DNA of 63,390 nt, filler included, from Cercozoa sp. M6MM (Eukaryota; Protista; Endomyxa: Ascetosporea), in the NCBI GenBank assembly GCA_040357565.1. It is 8 parts of 8 records of this genome, joined end to end, with 100 filler letters (N's around TTAATTAATTAA, not from the genome) between each part and the next. Parts side by side here need not be neighbours in the genome. Positions count along the whole stretch, not along the records: positions 1 to 14,772 come from JBDODJ010000321.1; positions 14,873 to 22,947 come from JBDODJ010000572.1; positions 23,048 to 28,546 come from JBDODJ010000897.1; 5 more parts are not named here. One strand, 5' to 3'. Both the position numbers and the translations under genes were made by a program. Under the pieces are notes generated by a model. The model saw only the letters and a list, made by a program, of their open reading frames with translations. It ran no database searches and had not been told where the DNA came from. Shown here in pieces: positions 12,289 through 25,222 of this stretch (position 1 is the first letter of the stretch; each line of letters opens with the position of its first letter).

Positions 12289-12896
12289 TTCAATTCAGTT
12301 TCGTCAACTTAATCTCGACTCAGATTCCTTCGGTTCGATCGGTGTTGGATCCCAGAGTCCTAGCGCTTTGTGCTGTTTGAATGCAAGTAGACAAACGCAC
12401 CAAGGAACTAACGTAAGGCTTTCGCGCAAAATAGCTTGCGATCGCAACTGCGCACCTCGGCAGGGAAACGCAAGCATCGCGCAATTGAGAAATCATCCGG
12501 GAACCAAAGAAACCTCCAGCGAGCGAGCAGATGCAACTTCATGCAAAGATGTGCGGGCTGCACAGTAGCAGATTCAAGTTAATCTTTAAAAAAAAAATCA
12601 TCACATCATATACCGTACGTACATCGAGGTGATCCGAATCACGGAACTCCGAGGTGAAAGTCCGAGAGTTGGACCAAAGTCGCACGCGCGCATGGCCAAA
12701 AGCGCGTTCGGAGAAGACTCCTCGTTGTGAGACTACCTCGATACAGTCTTGTTGTTACCTTAGAGTGACCGAATCGGCTTTGCTAGGTGTGATAACACCC
12801 GAATCTGACCTTTGCTTGCTCGTTTTTCGTGTGGGGGACGCGACGAACTTTGTAAATGTGTGAGCTATGCACTCTGTGTAGCGAGCAATCTGCGAG

Positions 12897-14311
12897 ATGA
12901 AACTGCTTCTTGGAGCTTTTGTGGCCACACTGGCCGTGCTGAACGGTGTCGCAGCCTCTCGATACCAGCGCACCGGTGCACCGGGTGAAGCTCCGCCCAC
13001 GAACCCATCCACGCACCCATCCACGCACCGTGAAGGTATGCCTATATTGGTACAGTACTGCGTTACTGTATCCTCTTCTTTGCTCTGCAGACCGTACCGC
13101 ACGTGAAAACACTGACCGTCGCGGATACACGCGTGATACCGTGCCTAACACCATGCGCTTTGATGGTGGTGGCCGCTACACTGTGCCGTTCGAGACGATG
13201 GGCGGACCGAGTGGGGACATGCCTGACGTCTCTCGTCCCGGTCGTAATCTCTTTGGAGCTGGAATGCCTCGAGGCCCGACCTGTTCCGTTGAATCCTGCA
13301 TGCAAGCCTTGTTTGACTCGCCGCCTATCGGAGGCATGCCTACGGAACTTCTGGAGCACCTCGAGGTTTTTTTCTTCTGTCCTGTAGAGCTTTTGAGATA
13401 TTGTACTGGCCATAGATATACGTGGCAAGTGTTGTCCATTCTTGCTATTCACTGCAAACATAGGAAATGGCGTCCCGGTCTCGCGGCTCTCCTGGCACAG
13501 TCGTGATCGCTATTATGGAAGTGACGCCCCAGTGCTCGTGCATGTTGAACCATGGTAGCCACGGTGCTACCGTTTTGAGCACTCAGGCTCCTTCGGTGGT
13601 CGAGATGTTCGGTTCGCTTCCCACCGGTGCTACCTCGATGCCACCCTCCTTCTTGAGCTCCGACTTGGCGCCGGTGTACGAGATGCTTCGTTCGCATTCG
13701 TCTCGTCAGCGTACACATACCGGTAGTGCTTCGATGCCTCCCCCTCCGGTGGCTGCAATGTTCGACTCGCGCTACGGTTCTGCCAGTGCTCGTGGTTCTT
13801 CGCACCCCCAGGTATGCCACAGGACATACGCATCTATCTATCTATTTTGGTGCCTGAGTACACTCCTCGTAACCTGGTATGACATCAGGCGCCTTCGTTC
13901 CCTGGCGTGCCCGCGGAAGAGTTGGACGCGTGGCGTCACCTGAGTCAGCTGCGCTCCGGCCACGTTCCTGCTGCTGCCGAGCGTCGCACTCCCGGCAACC
14001 CGCCACCGACAAGCCTCGGCACCCGCACGCAGACCAGCACCCCAACACCGACGGCCACCACGGAGCGTCAGAGTGAACCGAGTCAAGACCAGACGACGAC
14101 TACGCCACGTACACCTCCCAGTGCGCGTGTGACTCGTGCGGCCCCCGAGCAGGCTCAAAAAGGAGAGTCGACTCCCGCCACGCGTACGCATGCGCAGCAC
14201 AAGCACACAACCCAGGACCCGGATGATGAGGTGGCTTCCATCGCGGCCACTCGTGGCGGCTCGGTCGCCGGAGCCAGTGCGACTGATTCCCCAACGCCGC
14301 GTGTCCAATAA
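12897..14311 (+). CDS. Secreted Pro/Ser/Thr-rich, largely disordered orphan protein (4 exons)
   Basis: Signal peptide MKLLLGAFVATLAVLNGVAA. Three GT-AG introns join the ORFs in frame to ...SPTPRVQ*. Confidence 0.7.
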
Positions 14312-14772
14312 ACCGAAACGTCATGAACCGAACTGCCGTGAAACGAACTGTAATTCGAAACAAATGCTGGTTACCGTACTGTACAGTACTGTACTCAGCC
14401 AACTGTCAGCCTCAGACTAGTGCTGTACTGTCCGGTTTCCGCAGAGAACTTTTATGTTTGTTCCAACGTTTGTTTCTCCGTCCAGCGAACGAAACGTGTC
14501 GTATCTACGCTCGGCTAAGCAGTCTTCTAACCGAGCGTGTGGTGACGGAGGCTTAAACCCGGTTTCGCTAGTACTAGTCAAGTTAGCGTCGTGTGCGTGG
14601 GTGTGGCTTACAAGTGCCTGGGTGCGGCGAATCCGAGGAGATGTGGCGATGCCCGTCGCACGTTGACACGACACCGCTTGTCGTCGTAGACGCCAGTCAT
14701 CGTGAGTGCAGCCCAGACGGCCTTGCCGCCTCCTAAAACACACATCTACTTCTCTCTCTCTCTCTCTCTCTC

Positions 14773-14872
14773 NNNNNNNNNNNNNNNNNNNNNNNNNNNN
14801 NNNNNNNNNNNNNNNNTTAATTAATTAANNNNNNNNNNNNNNNNNNNNNNNNNNNNNNNNNNNNNNNNNNNN
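14773..14872. other. Artificial contig spacer (N44-TTAATTAATTAA-N44)
   Basis: The same six-frame-stop linker recurs seven times. Confidence 0.99.
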
Positions 14873-14887
14873 AAACACACATGCAGA

Positions 14888-15412
14888 GTTTACGACATCG
14901 ACGTCACTGCGCTGTCGCAGCGACCTTGGGCTGCGCCGGGTGCCGATCCCACAGACTACTTTAACTATGGGTAGGCTTGGAAGCACCTATTAGAGAGATG
15001 GAGGGAAGGGTAAGGGCTGTCTGTAGTTTCGATGAGCACACCTGGCGACAGTACTGTCTGCGTCAGTCGCAGGTACAGCTTACTCTAAACCTTATTTTTC
15101 CTTCACATTTTCTGTCCTCGTTGCTCGCAGATTCGACTGCACTTTCTCACGCAACGCGAGCAACCGAGTATACTACTCTGCCCCTTATATATATAGTATG
15201 TATGTATCAGTTATATATATAATGACCTAGCGGACGACGCCAGGCGCGCCAAGCGACTGCCGTACCGCGAGCAAGTGCCGCCGCAGCACCACCATCACGC
15301 CAGTGGCCAGGCACTGCCGCCGCACCGTCATCATCCGCGCGGAGAGGGTCGTCCCGGCTCTGCGGGTGCCCCACATGCCGCCGCCGGTGACTACTACCAG
15401 CGACGGCGCTAG
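14888..15412 (+). CDS. FIP1: Pre-mRNA 3'-end processing factor FIP1, 3' part
   Basis: Fip1 motif YDIDVTALSQRPWAAPGADPTDYFNYG|FDEHTWRQYCLRQ. Confidence 0.92.
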
Positions 15413-15713
15413 CTAAACGCCGGGTCGGACTGGAGCCCTGTCAGTGCCGTCTTTGGGTTCCGTTCAGCTGCGTTGCTTGCTTCTCTTACGTTAGCTATCC
15501 ATCTCGTCTATACGTTACAGTACGTTACAGTTCAATTCAATTCAATCTGATTGGATGCACGACACGACAAACGAAAGGCCCGGGGTGGCGCAGATCAGAT
15601 ATGTAGTGCACTCGTTTTTTCTGTTCCAGCTGTTCCATTTCAATCGAATTCGACCCGAGGCGCGGCACTGGGAGACGAGATCTAGACGACACAGACTGCT
15701 GTCGTTTTTGCAC

Positions 15714-17319
15714 TTAGGCAATGTAGTTGTCGCTGCAGAAGGCGGCGATGCGATCGCAGGCCTCGGCGAGCTTCTCAGGCGGCGGGCACGTCACGACGCG
15801 GAAGAAGTTGTCGGCGCCAAAGCACTTACCGGGCAGCACGAACACGAACTGCTCATTGAGCAGGCGGCGCGCAAAGTCGACGTCGTTGTTGATGTTGCGG
15901 AACTTGGCGATGTCGACCTTGATCATGAGGTACATGGCGCCCTTGGGAACAATCGGCGTGAGGCCCGGGATGGCGGCGATGCGGTCCACGAGGAGCTTGG
16001 TGTGTCGCTCCAGCGTCGCGTTGAGCTCGGCGTAGAACTCGGGCTCGGTCTCGCTGAAAATCTCGGGGATGGCCGCCTGGCACAGAGAGTTCGGACCCAG
16101 GATCAGAGTGGCGAGCTTGGCCAGTGCGGCGCGCACCTCGGCGAAGCGTCCGTGACGATCGTGGATGAGCACCCAGCCCATGCGCCAGCCCGGCACGAGG
16201 AACTGCTTGGCCAAACCGCCGACCGACAGGATCGGCACCTCCGACGTCAAGCTCGCCATGGGCACAAAGGTCTCGCCCGAAAACACCTGTTGCACGGTAG
16301 GAGTAAAAAGAGCAAAGATAAAATAAAAGAGGAAGGGCAAAGGTAGGTCGGGTGTACCATGTCAGCGTAGATCTCGTCCGTGATGATGGGCAGACAGTGC
16401 TTCTCGGCCACAGCGAGGATCTCGCGCAGGTGCTCGGCCGAGTAGACGCTGCCGCACGGGTTGCTCGGGTTGTTGACCAGGATGGCACGCGTGTTCTCAT
16501 CAATGAGGGCCTCCATGGCGGCCACGTCGACGTTCCAGTCCTGCTCCGGCACGAGCGGGTACTTGCGGATCTCGACGCCGTAACTGCACCGCACAGGAAC
16601 TTACCCAGTCAGGGAGGCGCGAAGCAAAGCTGATGTTTACCGCTCACAGAGCGTCGAGTAGAGCGAGAAACCCGGCGACGGCAGCAAGATGTTGTCGTTG
16701 CGCTCCGAGCTACACAGCGCGCACAGAGCGAGATCGAGTGCGCCCGACGCACCCGAGGCCAGAACGACGTCCTGCGCCGTCAGCTCGGCGCCATCACGCG
16801 AGAAGCGCTCGGCAATGGCGGCACGCGTGGCCTCAATGCCCACGGCGGGAACGTAGCCATTGGACTCGCCGCCCTTCACCGCCGAGATCACGGCATTGCT
16901 GCCAACGTAGCAGACATCGATACCAAGGGCAAGGGCAGTTGGACTATAACGTAGGAGATATAGCCTACCTCACGCTCTCCGAGAAAGGCAAGTTGCCGAA
17001 CACTGTCGGGTCGCCAATGCTCAGCGGAATCACCGGCTTGTCGGCAGAGCCCTGGAGCTGCGACAAAAGGACTCGCGCACAGTCAAGCAGAGTCAAGTTG
17101 ATTTCGTACACGCATGGTGTCGACAATCTCGCGGATCGGGTTGCGCGTGCGCATGGCACCAGGCGCACCCTTGATATCCCACGACTTGCTATGAAAAGAA
17201 AACGTCGAATCATGACAAATCGAGACGAGAAAAAAGCACGTGTTGCCTCAGACAAGTGACGTGGATCACTCATCACTCAGCAAACCGAACCCGAAATCTG
17301 CGCATCTGACTCACCTCAT
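15714..17319 (-). CDS. TAT: Tyrosine/nicotianamine aminotransferase (PLP class I); exact start uncertain
   Basis: NPIREIVD, LSIGDPTVFGNL, NGYVPAVG, NNPSNPCGSVY, DEIYADM, GGLAKQFLVPGWRMGW and EACDRIAAFC. Confidence 0.95.
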
Positions 17320-17626
17320 GATTATTCAACAAACAATGTGACTCTCACTAACGCCAACACACGACTGCAGGCCTTTCTGAGATGAAAAAGAGCGTGTTGC
17401 TCAAAGCGTGTAGCCGCTGCGAAAGTTGTCGAATTCTGTGATGTATTATTAGACGTTTTAACCACTAAAGGCGTAGAGAGGCGCTATTACGGACCTAGAT
17501 CATTCCCCATCGACAAATTTTCGTCGACGAATAGCCAGGTCGCATAACTTTGTTGTGGATGCCATATGACTTTGCTGCTCGATGCTGCAAACACAGGCAT
17601 ATTCATCGAAACAAAAAAGCTAAGTT

Positions 17627-19694
17627 TTAAATGTAGCGGTACAGCAGGGGCCTCGCCTCGACTCGAGCATGCATCTGCTGCAAGAACTGCGTCCACTCAG
17701 ACTGTCGTGTGCGATCGACGCGCTTGGCCTCAGCGATGGCGTGAGCTTTGCGGCGAAGAAGCGCCCGCCTGTCGTGCTGCACGACCTTGCTGATGCGTGG
17801 GGCCCACTTATCATGCAGTCGCTGCTCGCGCTGAGTCAGCGACATCTCTTCTTGCTGAGAGAGCAGTTCCTTCATCTTCCGCTTGGCTTGGATCGCTTGG
17901 CGCAAGCAGTCGTCTTTCTTTGTGCTGCCGATGGTGTGTGCTGACACTTTTACTGGCACCAAGTCCGACGGTAGCGGTATCTTTTCGCCTCGCTCGACGC
18001 GGTGAAGTTTCTCAAGGAGCTTGCGGCGACGCTGCGTGCGCAACTCGTGCGCTCGCGATGTTTGTGCCAAAATCCCGTGCTTAATGAGCGAGTTTTCGCC
18101 GTTTCGGTTTTGCTGGAGTCCTTTCCTGCGCTCACGATCCAGCTTTTGTGCGAGTTTGCTCACCCTGTCTCGTTCTCGCTTGAGTTCTTTCATCTCTTGC
18201 TCGGCGCTCTTCATTCGGACGACCTCTGTTGGTTGAAGTTCTCTTTTTGTGGACCTGGGTTTCGAACACAGAGGTGCAATCGGTTGTGTTGCCATCGCAG
18301 TGACGTGTTCTTTACGCTCTGCTTTCTTTCGCTCAATTTCAAGTCGCAATTGTTCGTGGATTTCGCTAAAGTTTGGCACAGGGTGGGGTCGAAAGTGTCT
18401 CCCGACTGTCTTCTTGAACTGCTCTCGCTTTTGCAGCTTTCTCCACCGATTGCGTTTCTGTCGCCGGCGAGCGTCCTCAGCGTCGAAAGCAAATGGTTTC
18501 AGGCAGCGCGTAGACTCGGCTTTGCTTGTCTCCCTCATTTCTCGCCTTCGTTTCTCTGCCTGCTCGACAAGATGTTGATACCGCGGCTCTGTCGTGCTTC
18601 GAGGCATTGGGTTTGCATGATACACAAACCCAGTCGAGTTTCTGAGAAAGTCTTCTTCCAACTCATTCATGTAGGCCTTGAATTTCTCTGCGCAACTTTA
18701 CTATTATTACTTCTCGCATCATGACACAAAGTGCTGTGGCCAAATAAGTTTACTTGTACTGTACCATCTCGAATCCGAGACTTTTTTGGACCTGGTACAA
18801 CACACACCGAAAGTGAAACTGAAAGGAGATTTTGGATGTGGTACGAGACAAAAACGACGGAGCCGTTGCCGGTCGCTTCTGCTGGTCTTGCCTCTCGCGC
18901 GAGTGCTTGAATTCGGAGTCGCTGTTGGTTTGATCGGATGCTGGACTAGAGGAAGCGTGCGAAACAAGAGACTCGACATCACTGAGCTCAGCTTCGTCAA
19001 TATGCTCAGGTATGAAAGCGGCATGGTTCTTTGTTTCTTGTGACGAACGCCTGCGAGCTGCTACCATCATCTTTTTAATCTTCCTGTTGAGCTCGGAGTC
19101 TTGCCGGCGCTGCTCTGCTCGCTTTCGACGTGCTTCTTTCGCCTCCTCATGTTCCAAACCGTAGAGTTTGTGCTCGAGTTCCTGGATTTTGATAACATGG
19201 TCAAGCCGAACTTTCTCGAACTTTCGCTTTGCCTGGCTCGTCGCGCCTTCACGTTCATCAGTCTCGCCTTCAGAGTCGCTGTCGGTGTCACTGATATACG
19301 AAGCGATGTCCACATGGCTCTTTTTGGAGGATGTGGACGCATCAATCCTCGTTCTTTTCTTGAGCCTGGATAGCTTCTTGGCCGCGCCCTCGTCGCCCAA
19401 CTTGAGTTCCATGAGAAGTTTGCGCTGTTTGCGTAAGTTCTCCAGACGCGCTTGAACGTGCTCCAAGCCGCAGCCTTCAATCATATCTTCCGGTCGCATC
19501 GTTGGAGGGGGTGCCCATGTCACTCTTCGTGGAGACCGCTTTCTCACCGGTTTCTGCTGTTTGCTTTGGAGCGACTGTGCGCGCCGCATCTTTTGCGAAA
19601 CAAAGTGTGGGGCGAGATACGTGAGTTGAGGTGGTGTCTCTGTTCCCGAGCGATTTCGCGCTGGTGCCGTCCAAAACTGCCCTACGTTCATCAT
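17627..19694 (-). CDS. FAM161: FAM161 (UPF0564)-like centriole/cilium microtubule-binding protein
   Basis: HANPMPRSTTEPRYQHLVEQAEKRR...KPFAF, FRPHPVPNF and C-terminal MHARVEARPLL match recalled FAM161A/B motifs. Confidence 0.75.
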
Positions 19695-19960
19695 GCTCGT
19701 TTGTTCGCACTGGTGTTTACACTCATCGCGCGGTTGCTCGTAGGGGCACAATTTGTGTCGGATGCATTCGCTGCGTTAGCGTTTTTTGGCGTTTCTTGGC
19801 GGGCAATGTTATTTGATTGAGTGACACGACACGACAGAGACAGTCGAGCTCGGCGTACGTATCCTGTCACGAAATTATTCGGCCAGTTGCAGTAACGATC
19901 ATGGCAAGAAAGCGAAGGAACACAACGTCGCCGGACAGCACCGGGGACGGGAGATTCAAT

Positions 19961-21051
19961 TCAATGAGCCTTGCCGGAAAAGAATAGTCGATCGAGAAGC
20001 GAATTGTCGCAGTTGCCGGCAGGGTCAAGCGAACGCAGGAACACTTGCGCGTGAGACACGTCCGGAATCGAGCGCAGCGCTGTCGGGTTGACGAAGGAGC
20101 AGCCGTCGAAAGCGAAAGACTCGGCAGTCTCCCGGCACAGTCGTTCGCACAGGTGTTTCCGCACCAGTCGCACGACGTGCTTATCTCGTACCACCTCTGC
20201 GTCGGTGACGTGTGCTATCCTTTCGTCGACTTCACGAACAGCGTCGTCAGAATGACTCAAATATGTCCCGGAAGGCATCACCAAACGCAGCTGGAGATTC
20301 AAACACCGACGCTCGCCCACGTAGCGATCGGTGGAATCAGATGAAGCGTCCGTCATGAAAGAACTTGCGCTCGTGCTTTGACCGCTTTCAAAGCTCTCAA
20401 CGTCCAGCGATTCTGCTCGATCATTCAATCAAGCATGAATGGAACAACTTAGTTAGCGAGGAGAGAATCACAGGCTACCAAGCGACCAAAGAACCAAATG
20501 TTTCGCTTCGTCAACATAGTAGGGGTACGTGTTTGGTACCAGTCTGCGCTCAAAATTCGTACAGTCGTTGAAATTTACAACAAGTCTCTGCAGCATACCG
20601 CGACCAGTCGAGCTCGCTTTGAGCCACTCTCAACACGCTTTCTCGGTTCGAGGTCCCGTATTCCCGCTGCAGAACACTGGAAGACACCTGTACCAAACAC
20701 ATCAAACCATCTCTAGAACCTTATAAAGCAACATCCATAAAGCAGTTATGATACCGGAAGCCCTCGCTTGGCGAGTTCGCGCTTCGCAAGTTGGTACTTA
20801 AGCTCAACGTCGGGATGTCGAGCGAAAGCACGAAGCTTCCCGCGTGCCGTGAAGTCCAAGAGTTGCTGGAACGTGATCGACGAATCAAGAGTTCTGACCC
20901 CCTGAGAAATCAATACAAAACGCTCGTGTCTTGTGTGGATAATACGGAGCAGCAACATGAAATTTACCTCCAATAATGGATGCGGATTCGAGGTCATGCT
21001 ACGCGCGCGTGGTCTCAGTTTCGTGCAAGCAAGTCTTGCTACTCCTGTCAT
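19961..21051 (-). CDS. DUF3605/GIG1-like (HIT-related) protein; one spliced gene uniting ORFs 20746-21090 and 19961-20428
   Basis: ITFQQLLDFTARGKLRAFARHPDVELKY...RLVPNTYPYYVDEAKHLVLWSL...FVNPTALRSIPDVSHAQVFLR follows the recalled family pattern (R..Y; NxxPY..HxVxW; NPxxLxSIP..HxH). Confidence 0.75.
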
Positions 21052-21495
21052 TCCAAAAAACCGAAGCGCGAAGACGGAAAAACGTCCCAAAGCAGGGTGT
21101 GGAGGCGCCGCTGAACGAGTAAAACCACTTGAACGGCACCAAACAATCTCCGTTAGCGACAGATTTGAATGAACGCTCTAATTTCGGCGCTTTTGAACGC
21201 CAAGGTCAGAGAATTCGGAGTGACGGTGCGACAAGTCAAGCCGCGCGGTCAGGTCCAGTCAAGTCTCCGTTCGCTCCGTTTACGTTACAATTGTCGAGAG
21301 CGGTCAGTTTTACTACCCGACCGTTCAACTTTGCGGTCATGACGCGACGTGGTCACCGGATGCGTCAACGCAATGTGAGTCCAGTACACATACATGACGA
21401 CGACCCATACTAACGAGTTTCGCTTCAAACAGGTGATTGCGGTGCTGTGTGCCAGTGCTCATCGATTCTAGCGACTTTAGGGACTAGAGAAGCGT

Positions 21496-22863
21496 TCAGA
21501 CTTCGCCTGCTGGCAAAGAGGAGGAATAGTTTGTTGCCTCATACCTAACGTATAAGTTACCTGCAATAGCGGGCTGCTGGCTCATCTCGACCTCGTTGTC
21601 GCCTTCCGACGAAGCGCTGCTGTGAGTCGAGCTGTGCGTCGTACTACTGTGCGTCGTGCTGGTGCCTGTCGCACCAGTTGAGTCAGTCAACACACACAGG
21701 AGAGACTGTACCAGTAGCAGTAGACGTGCCAGTACGCGACGTGCCGGTGCTCGACTGCATACCTCATCAATGATAGCACTCAGACACATTAGTCTAAGCG
21801 AGCTGTACCTTGCCGAGCGTACTCGTGCCGGTGGCAGCTCCACCACCGCGAGAACCGCCTGTACAGTTAGCACGAACACAGCATAGTGTACATTAAGATG
21901 ACATATACAAGCAAACTAAGTAGTGAGACACACCGCCAGTTGAGTAGTTCGATGCAGCAGTCAACGCTGCCAAAGCAACACAACACGTGTCAGAAGGAAG
22001 GGCAGATGCAACAGTCATGGCGGACATAACATACACAAGTGTTTCTCAGTGGCGACGTTGTAGATACGCGGCGCGAACAGCAGCATGAGGGCCGTCAGAT
22101 GCAGCAAGAAGGCCTGCAGTGCTTCGACAAAGTAGCGAGCGTCCAGTTCCTGTCCATACACGTTAGTAAGCGCATATCATATCTATAGTAATAACCAGAT
22201 ATACATATACACACATATATAATATACATGTAATACTAAATATACAACGCTACCTCACGACCAAACAGGAGAACGACAGGCTGCGTCAGGAGCATCACGA
22301 TCGAGGTCCAGTAGATCGTGAAGCCCACGGACTGACTGTCGTTGAGTGCCGGCACTTGCACACCCGACAGCGACAGCGCGAGCCAGACACCTCTGCTCAC
22401 AGAAAGCACCAGACACACATCCGCCCATTCTCCCATCAGTCTCACGAAACATAGCATGAAGTACCCCATGAGCAGCAGCGCGTACATGATGTTGATCACA
22501 GCAAGCGATGCCAGGCCCTGCGTGGACACCACTTGTAACTCTCTCACAACGTCCCACAGCAGGCAACAGACTCACCGCAGAGCCGTCGTTGTCATCGCTC
22601 GTGGCACCGCACGTATGGTACACCGTCGTGACCATCTTGTCCGTCACCGGGTTGTACTCGGGTCCCTGCGTCTCCGTGTGCACCTGCGAGTAGGCACCAA
22701 CACCGGTGAAGATGCCGAGCACCACGGCGAAGCCGCCGGCCAGCGCCAGGATGACGCGCGCGAGTTCCCAGTCCGTGATAACCACCTTGTCGAACACGGA
22801 CGAGAAGATGCGGTGCACGCGCAGCAGTTTCGAGAACAGCGCACCAAACATGACCACAAAAGT
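21496..22863 (-). CDS. GABA-B-like class C GPCR, 7tm_3 part (5' end lost at the contig edge)
   Basis: FGALFSKLLRVHRIF, ITDWEL, VPALNDSQSVGFTIY, LLFAPRI and a Ser/Thr-rich tail. Confidence 0.9.
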
Positions 22864-22900
22864 CTGCCAGCAACACAGCCAAGTTCCTTATTAGCACACC

Positions 22901-22947
<47 letters not shown>

Positions 22948-23047
22948 NNNNNNNNNNNNNNNNNNNNNNNNNNNNNNNNNNNNNNNNNNNNTTAATTAAT
23001 TAANNNNNNNNNNNNNNNNNNNNNNNNNNNNNNNNNNNNNNNNNNNN
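22948..23047. other. Artificial contig spacer
   Basis: N44-TTAATTAATTAA-N44. Confidence 0.99.
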
Positions 23048-23067
23048 TAACCCTCCCCCCCCCCCAG

Positions 23068-24505
23068 TGGTGCCGACCTCAAGCTGGGCCACGGCAGCGA
23101 GAGCGACGAATGGGAGCCGCGACTCGTGTCGGTGCTGGACTCGGCCTTTATCTCCAAGGTAGTCTGTGCGTCATGTGTCCTACCCCCCTACCCTCCTTAC
23201 CCCCCCTCCCCAGGTAGCATGCCTGGCCACGTGCACCTATGCGGTGGCCAACACGGGTGCACTGATCCAATGGGGCACGCTCACGGTGCGTGCCAAGAGT
23301 GCCACCAGTCAGAGTACGGCCACTACCTCGGTACATTTTTTTTTTTATTAAGGACAATCCGATTAGACACGTGTTCTCTAGCTTAGTTAAGGCTGCCGTT
23401 TCTGTGTTTTAATTAAGGGTGTGTGTGCACAGGAAACCACGCCGTTCCCGCGGTGTCTCGAGTACCTGCGTGGCTACCGCGTCTACGAGTTGTACGCCGC
23501 CTACGACGCCGTCTTTGCCGACACTGTGCTGCACCAGTACCTCTCACTCCGAGTCTACCCTAGCCTGCCTTGTCCCCCCTTTCCTCCCCCAACCCCCGTG
23601 ACCCAGAGGCGCAGTGCCCAAGCCGGTGATCCACGACCCGGACTACGTGTCGGACGACGAGGTGCGTGCGCGACTCGGCCTGAGTCACAAGGCGACGGCT
23701 GGCTCCACGTCGGCTCCCGTGGCTGGCTGGACGCAGGAACAGCGCCAGTACCGCCAGGACCAAGAGATCCGACGCGCCAACCTCATGACGGTGCGTTTTT
23801 CCAACCGACACACACACACACACCAAAAACCACCCTCAACTGACCCTGCTCTTTTTTGCAGCCCGAAATGCGCGCTCAAGAGCGTGAGACGCTGCGACAA
23901 ATGAATGTGATGTCTGCTCGCTCCGATAGACCGATCCAACTGCGCCCCAAGTCAGGTTTTACCTCTACTTTTTTTTTGGTTTATTCGGAGTTTCTTTTTT
24001 GCTTTTGCATAATTCGAACAAGAAGTAATTGTGTGTGCCACAGGCTCTGGTCAAAGCAGCAGTGATCAGGGGCTTTCACGCGATGAGTTGCTAGCCATTC
24101 TCGGTGATGTGGGCGTTAAAATCCCTGGGCCGCCGGCTGAGGTAGTTTTTGTGTTTGTGCGTTTTATTCGGATTGTTGTTGTGTGTATTGCAGCAAGCAC
24201 CACCCCCAGCAGCAGCAGCGGGAGTGCCGCCGCCGCCGCCGCCGCCGCCGGCGCTGTCGGATGAGCCGATGCAGCTGACGGTGGTGCTGGAGGAGGCGCC
24301 GACGCGGCCGATCGGATTCGTGATGCCGTGTGCGTCGGACACGATGCGCCAGGTGCGACTCATGATCGACGACGAGCTCGACCTGCCGGCGCACGTGCGG
24401 CGCTACGTGTTCGTCAAGCGCGGCGGCGTGCCTCTCGGCGTGCGGCAGGAGGAGCGCGTACTGTGCGGCGACTACGCGCCCACCGTCATGCTGCGCCAGT
24501 GCTAG
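23068..24505 (+). CDS. 3' part of an RCC1-repeat protein with a Pro-rich linker and a C-terminal ubiquitin-like-fold domain
   Basis: KLGHGSESDEWEPRLVSVL...KVACLATCTYAV...LIQWG and PFPRCLEYLRG are RCC1-like. The tail is IGFV...TMRQVRLMIDDEL...YVFVKRGGVPLGVRQE. Confidence 0.7.
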
Positions 24506-25222
24506 GGCCGGCGTGTGGCGTGACCCTGATTGTTGAGCTACCACCTTTTTGTATCGTTCGTGTGGATCTTAGAAGACTCTACTGTAAAGTCTTGATGAAT
24601 TCAGTGCCCTTTGTCGTAGAGCTCGGCAAAAAGTAGTACCCTACGGTACAGTACCCGTCATTTGTTGTACAGTACCCCTCTTGCCTGCTCAAGGAAGAGC
24701 AAGTCAGTTGCTTTGGTGTCAATAAGAACGGTATCCTTTGAAGTACCTGGTATTGGAAAGAGTTTATCAACGAACAAGCAAGCCTCTCAACACTTTCAAC
24801 TGTAACGACGGCCCTACCTTGGGGTAACCCTTCTCTCTTCTGATATCTTTCGGTTCATTGAGACGTCGAACGAACACTATATTAAACGATCTTACATTCT
24901 TACTTTTCTTTAGTCGTTGTCTTCACGAAAAGTGACAATCTCAACCAACATACACCATTTTTCGTTCCACGCAACCCGATCCCTAACAATCCTCCACCTA
25001 GACTAAATAATCTCTGCACCGCGTATGCATCGACTAGGTACTGCGCTGACTTCGTTGAGTCCGATAAGAACCTCGAAAGGTCGGTCGACGTGCAGAAACG
25101 AGGGCCGCACTGAAGTTCGCGCCGCTGTTCTCCGACCAGAAGAAGCACGAGCAGTGAATCGATGACAAACCAACTCTGTGTATCGGTGCCTTGAAGTACA
25201 CGCGGCCCGTGAATTAGTGACA

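Noticed and set aside
14773-14872. Recurrent TTAATTAATTAA flanked by Ns as a biological repeat or insertion site
   Set aside because: It is an identical 100-bp artificial linker, so adjacency across it carries no synteny information.
15555-16346. 263-aa + strand ORF overlapping TAT
   Set aside because: It is the antisense shadow of a GC3-rich coding region, with no recognisable motifs.
23048-23067. TAACCCT at a contig start as a telomere
   Set aside because: A single unit running into a poly-C tract and an AG acceptor. It is an intron end.
24545-25220. Extra small spliced gene between convergent genes
   Set aside because: Splice-like signals exist, but I could not build a consistent ORF or recognise a motif. 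It may be UTR.
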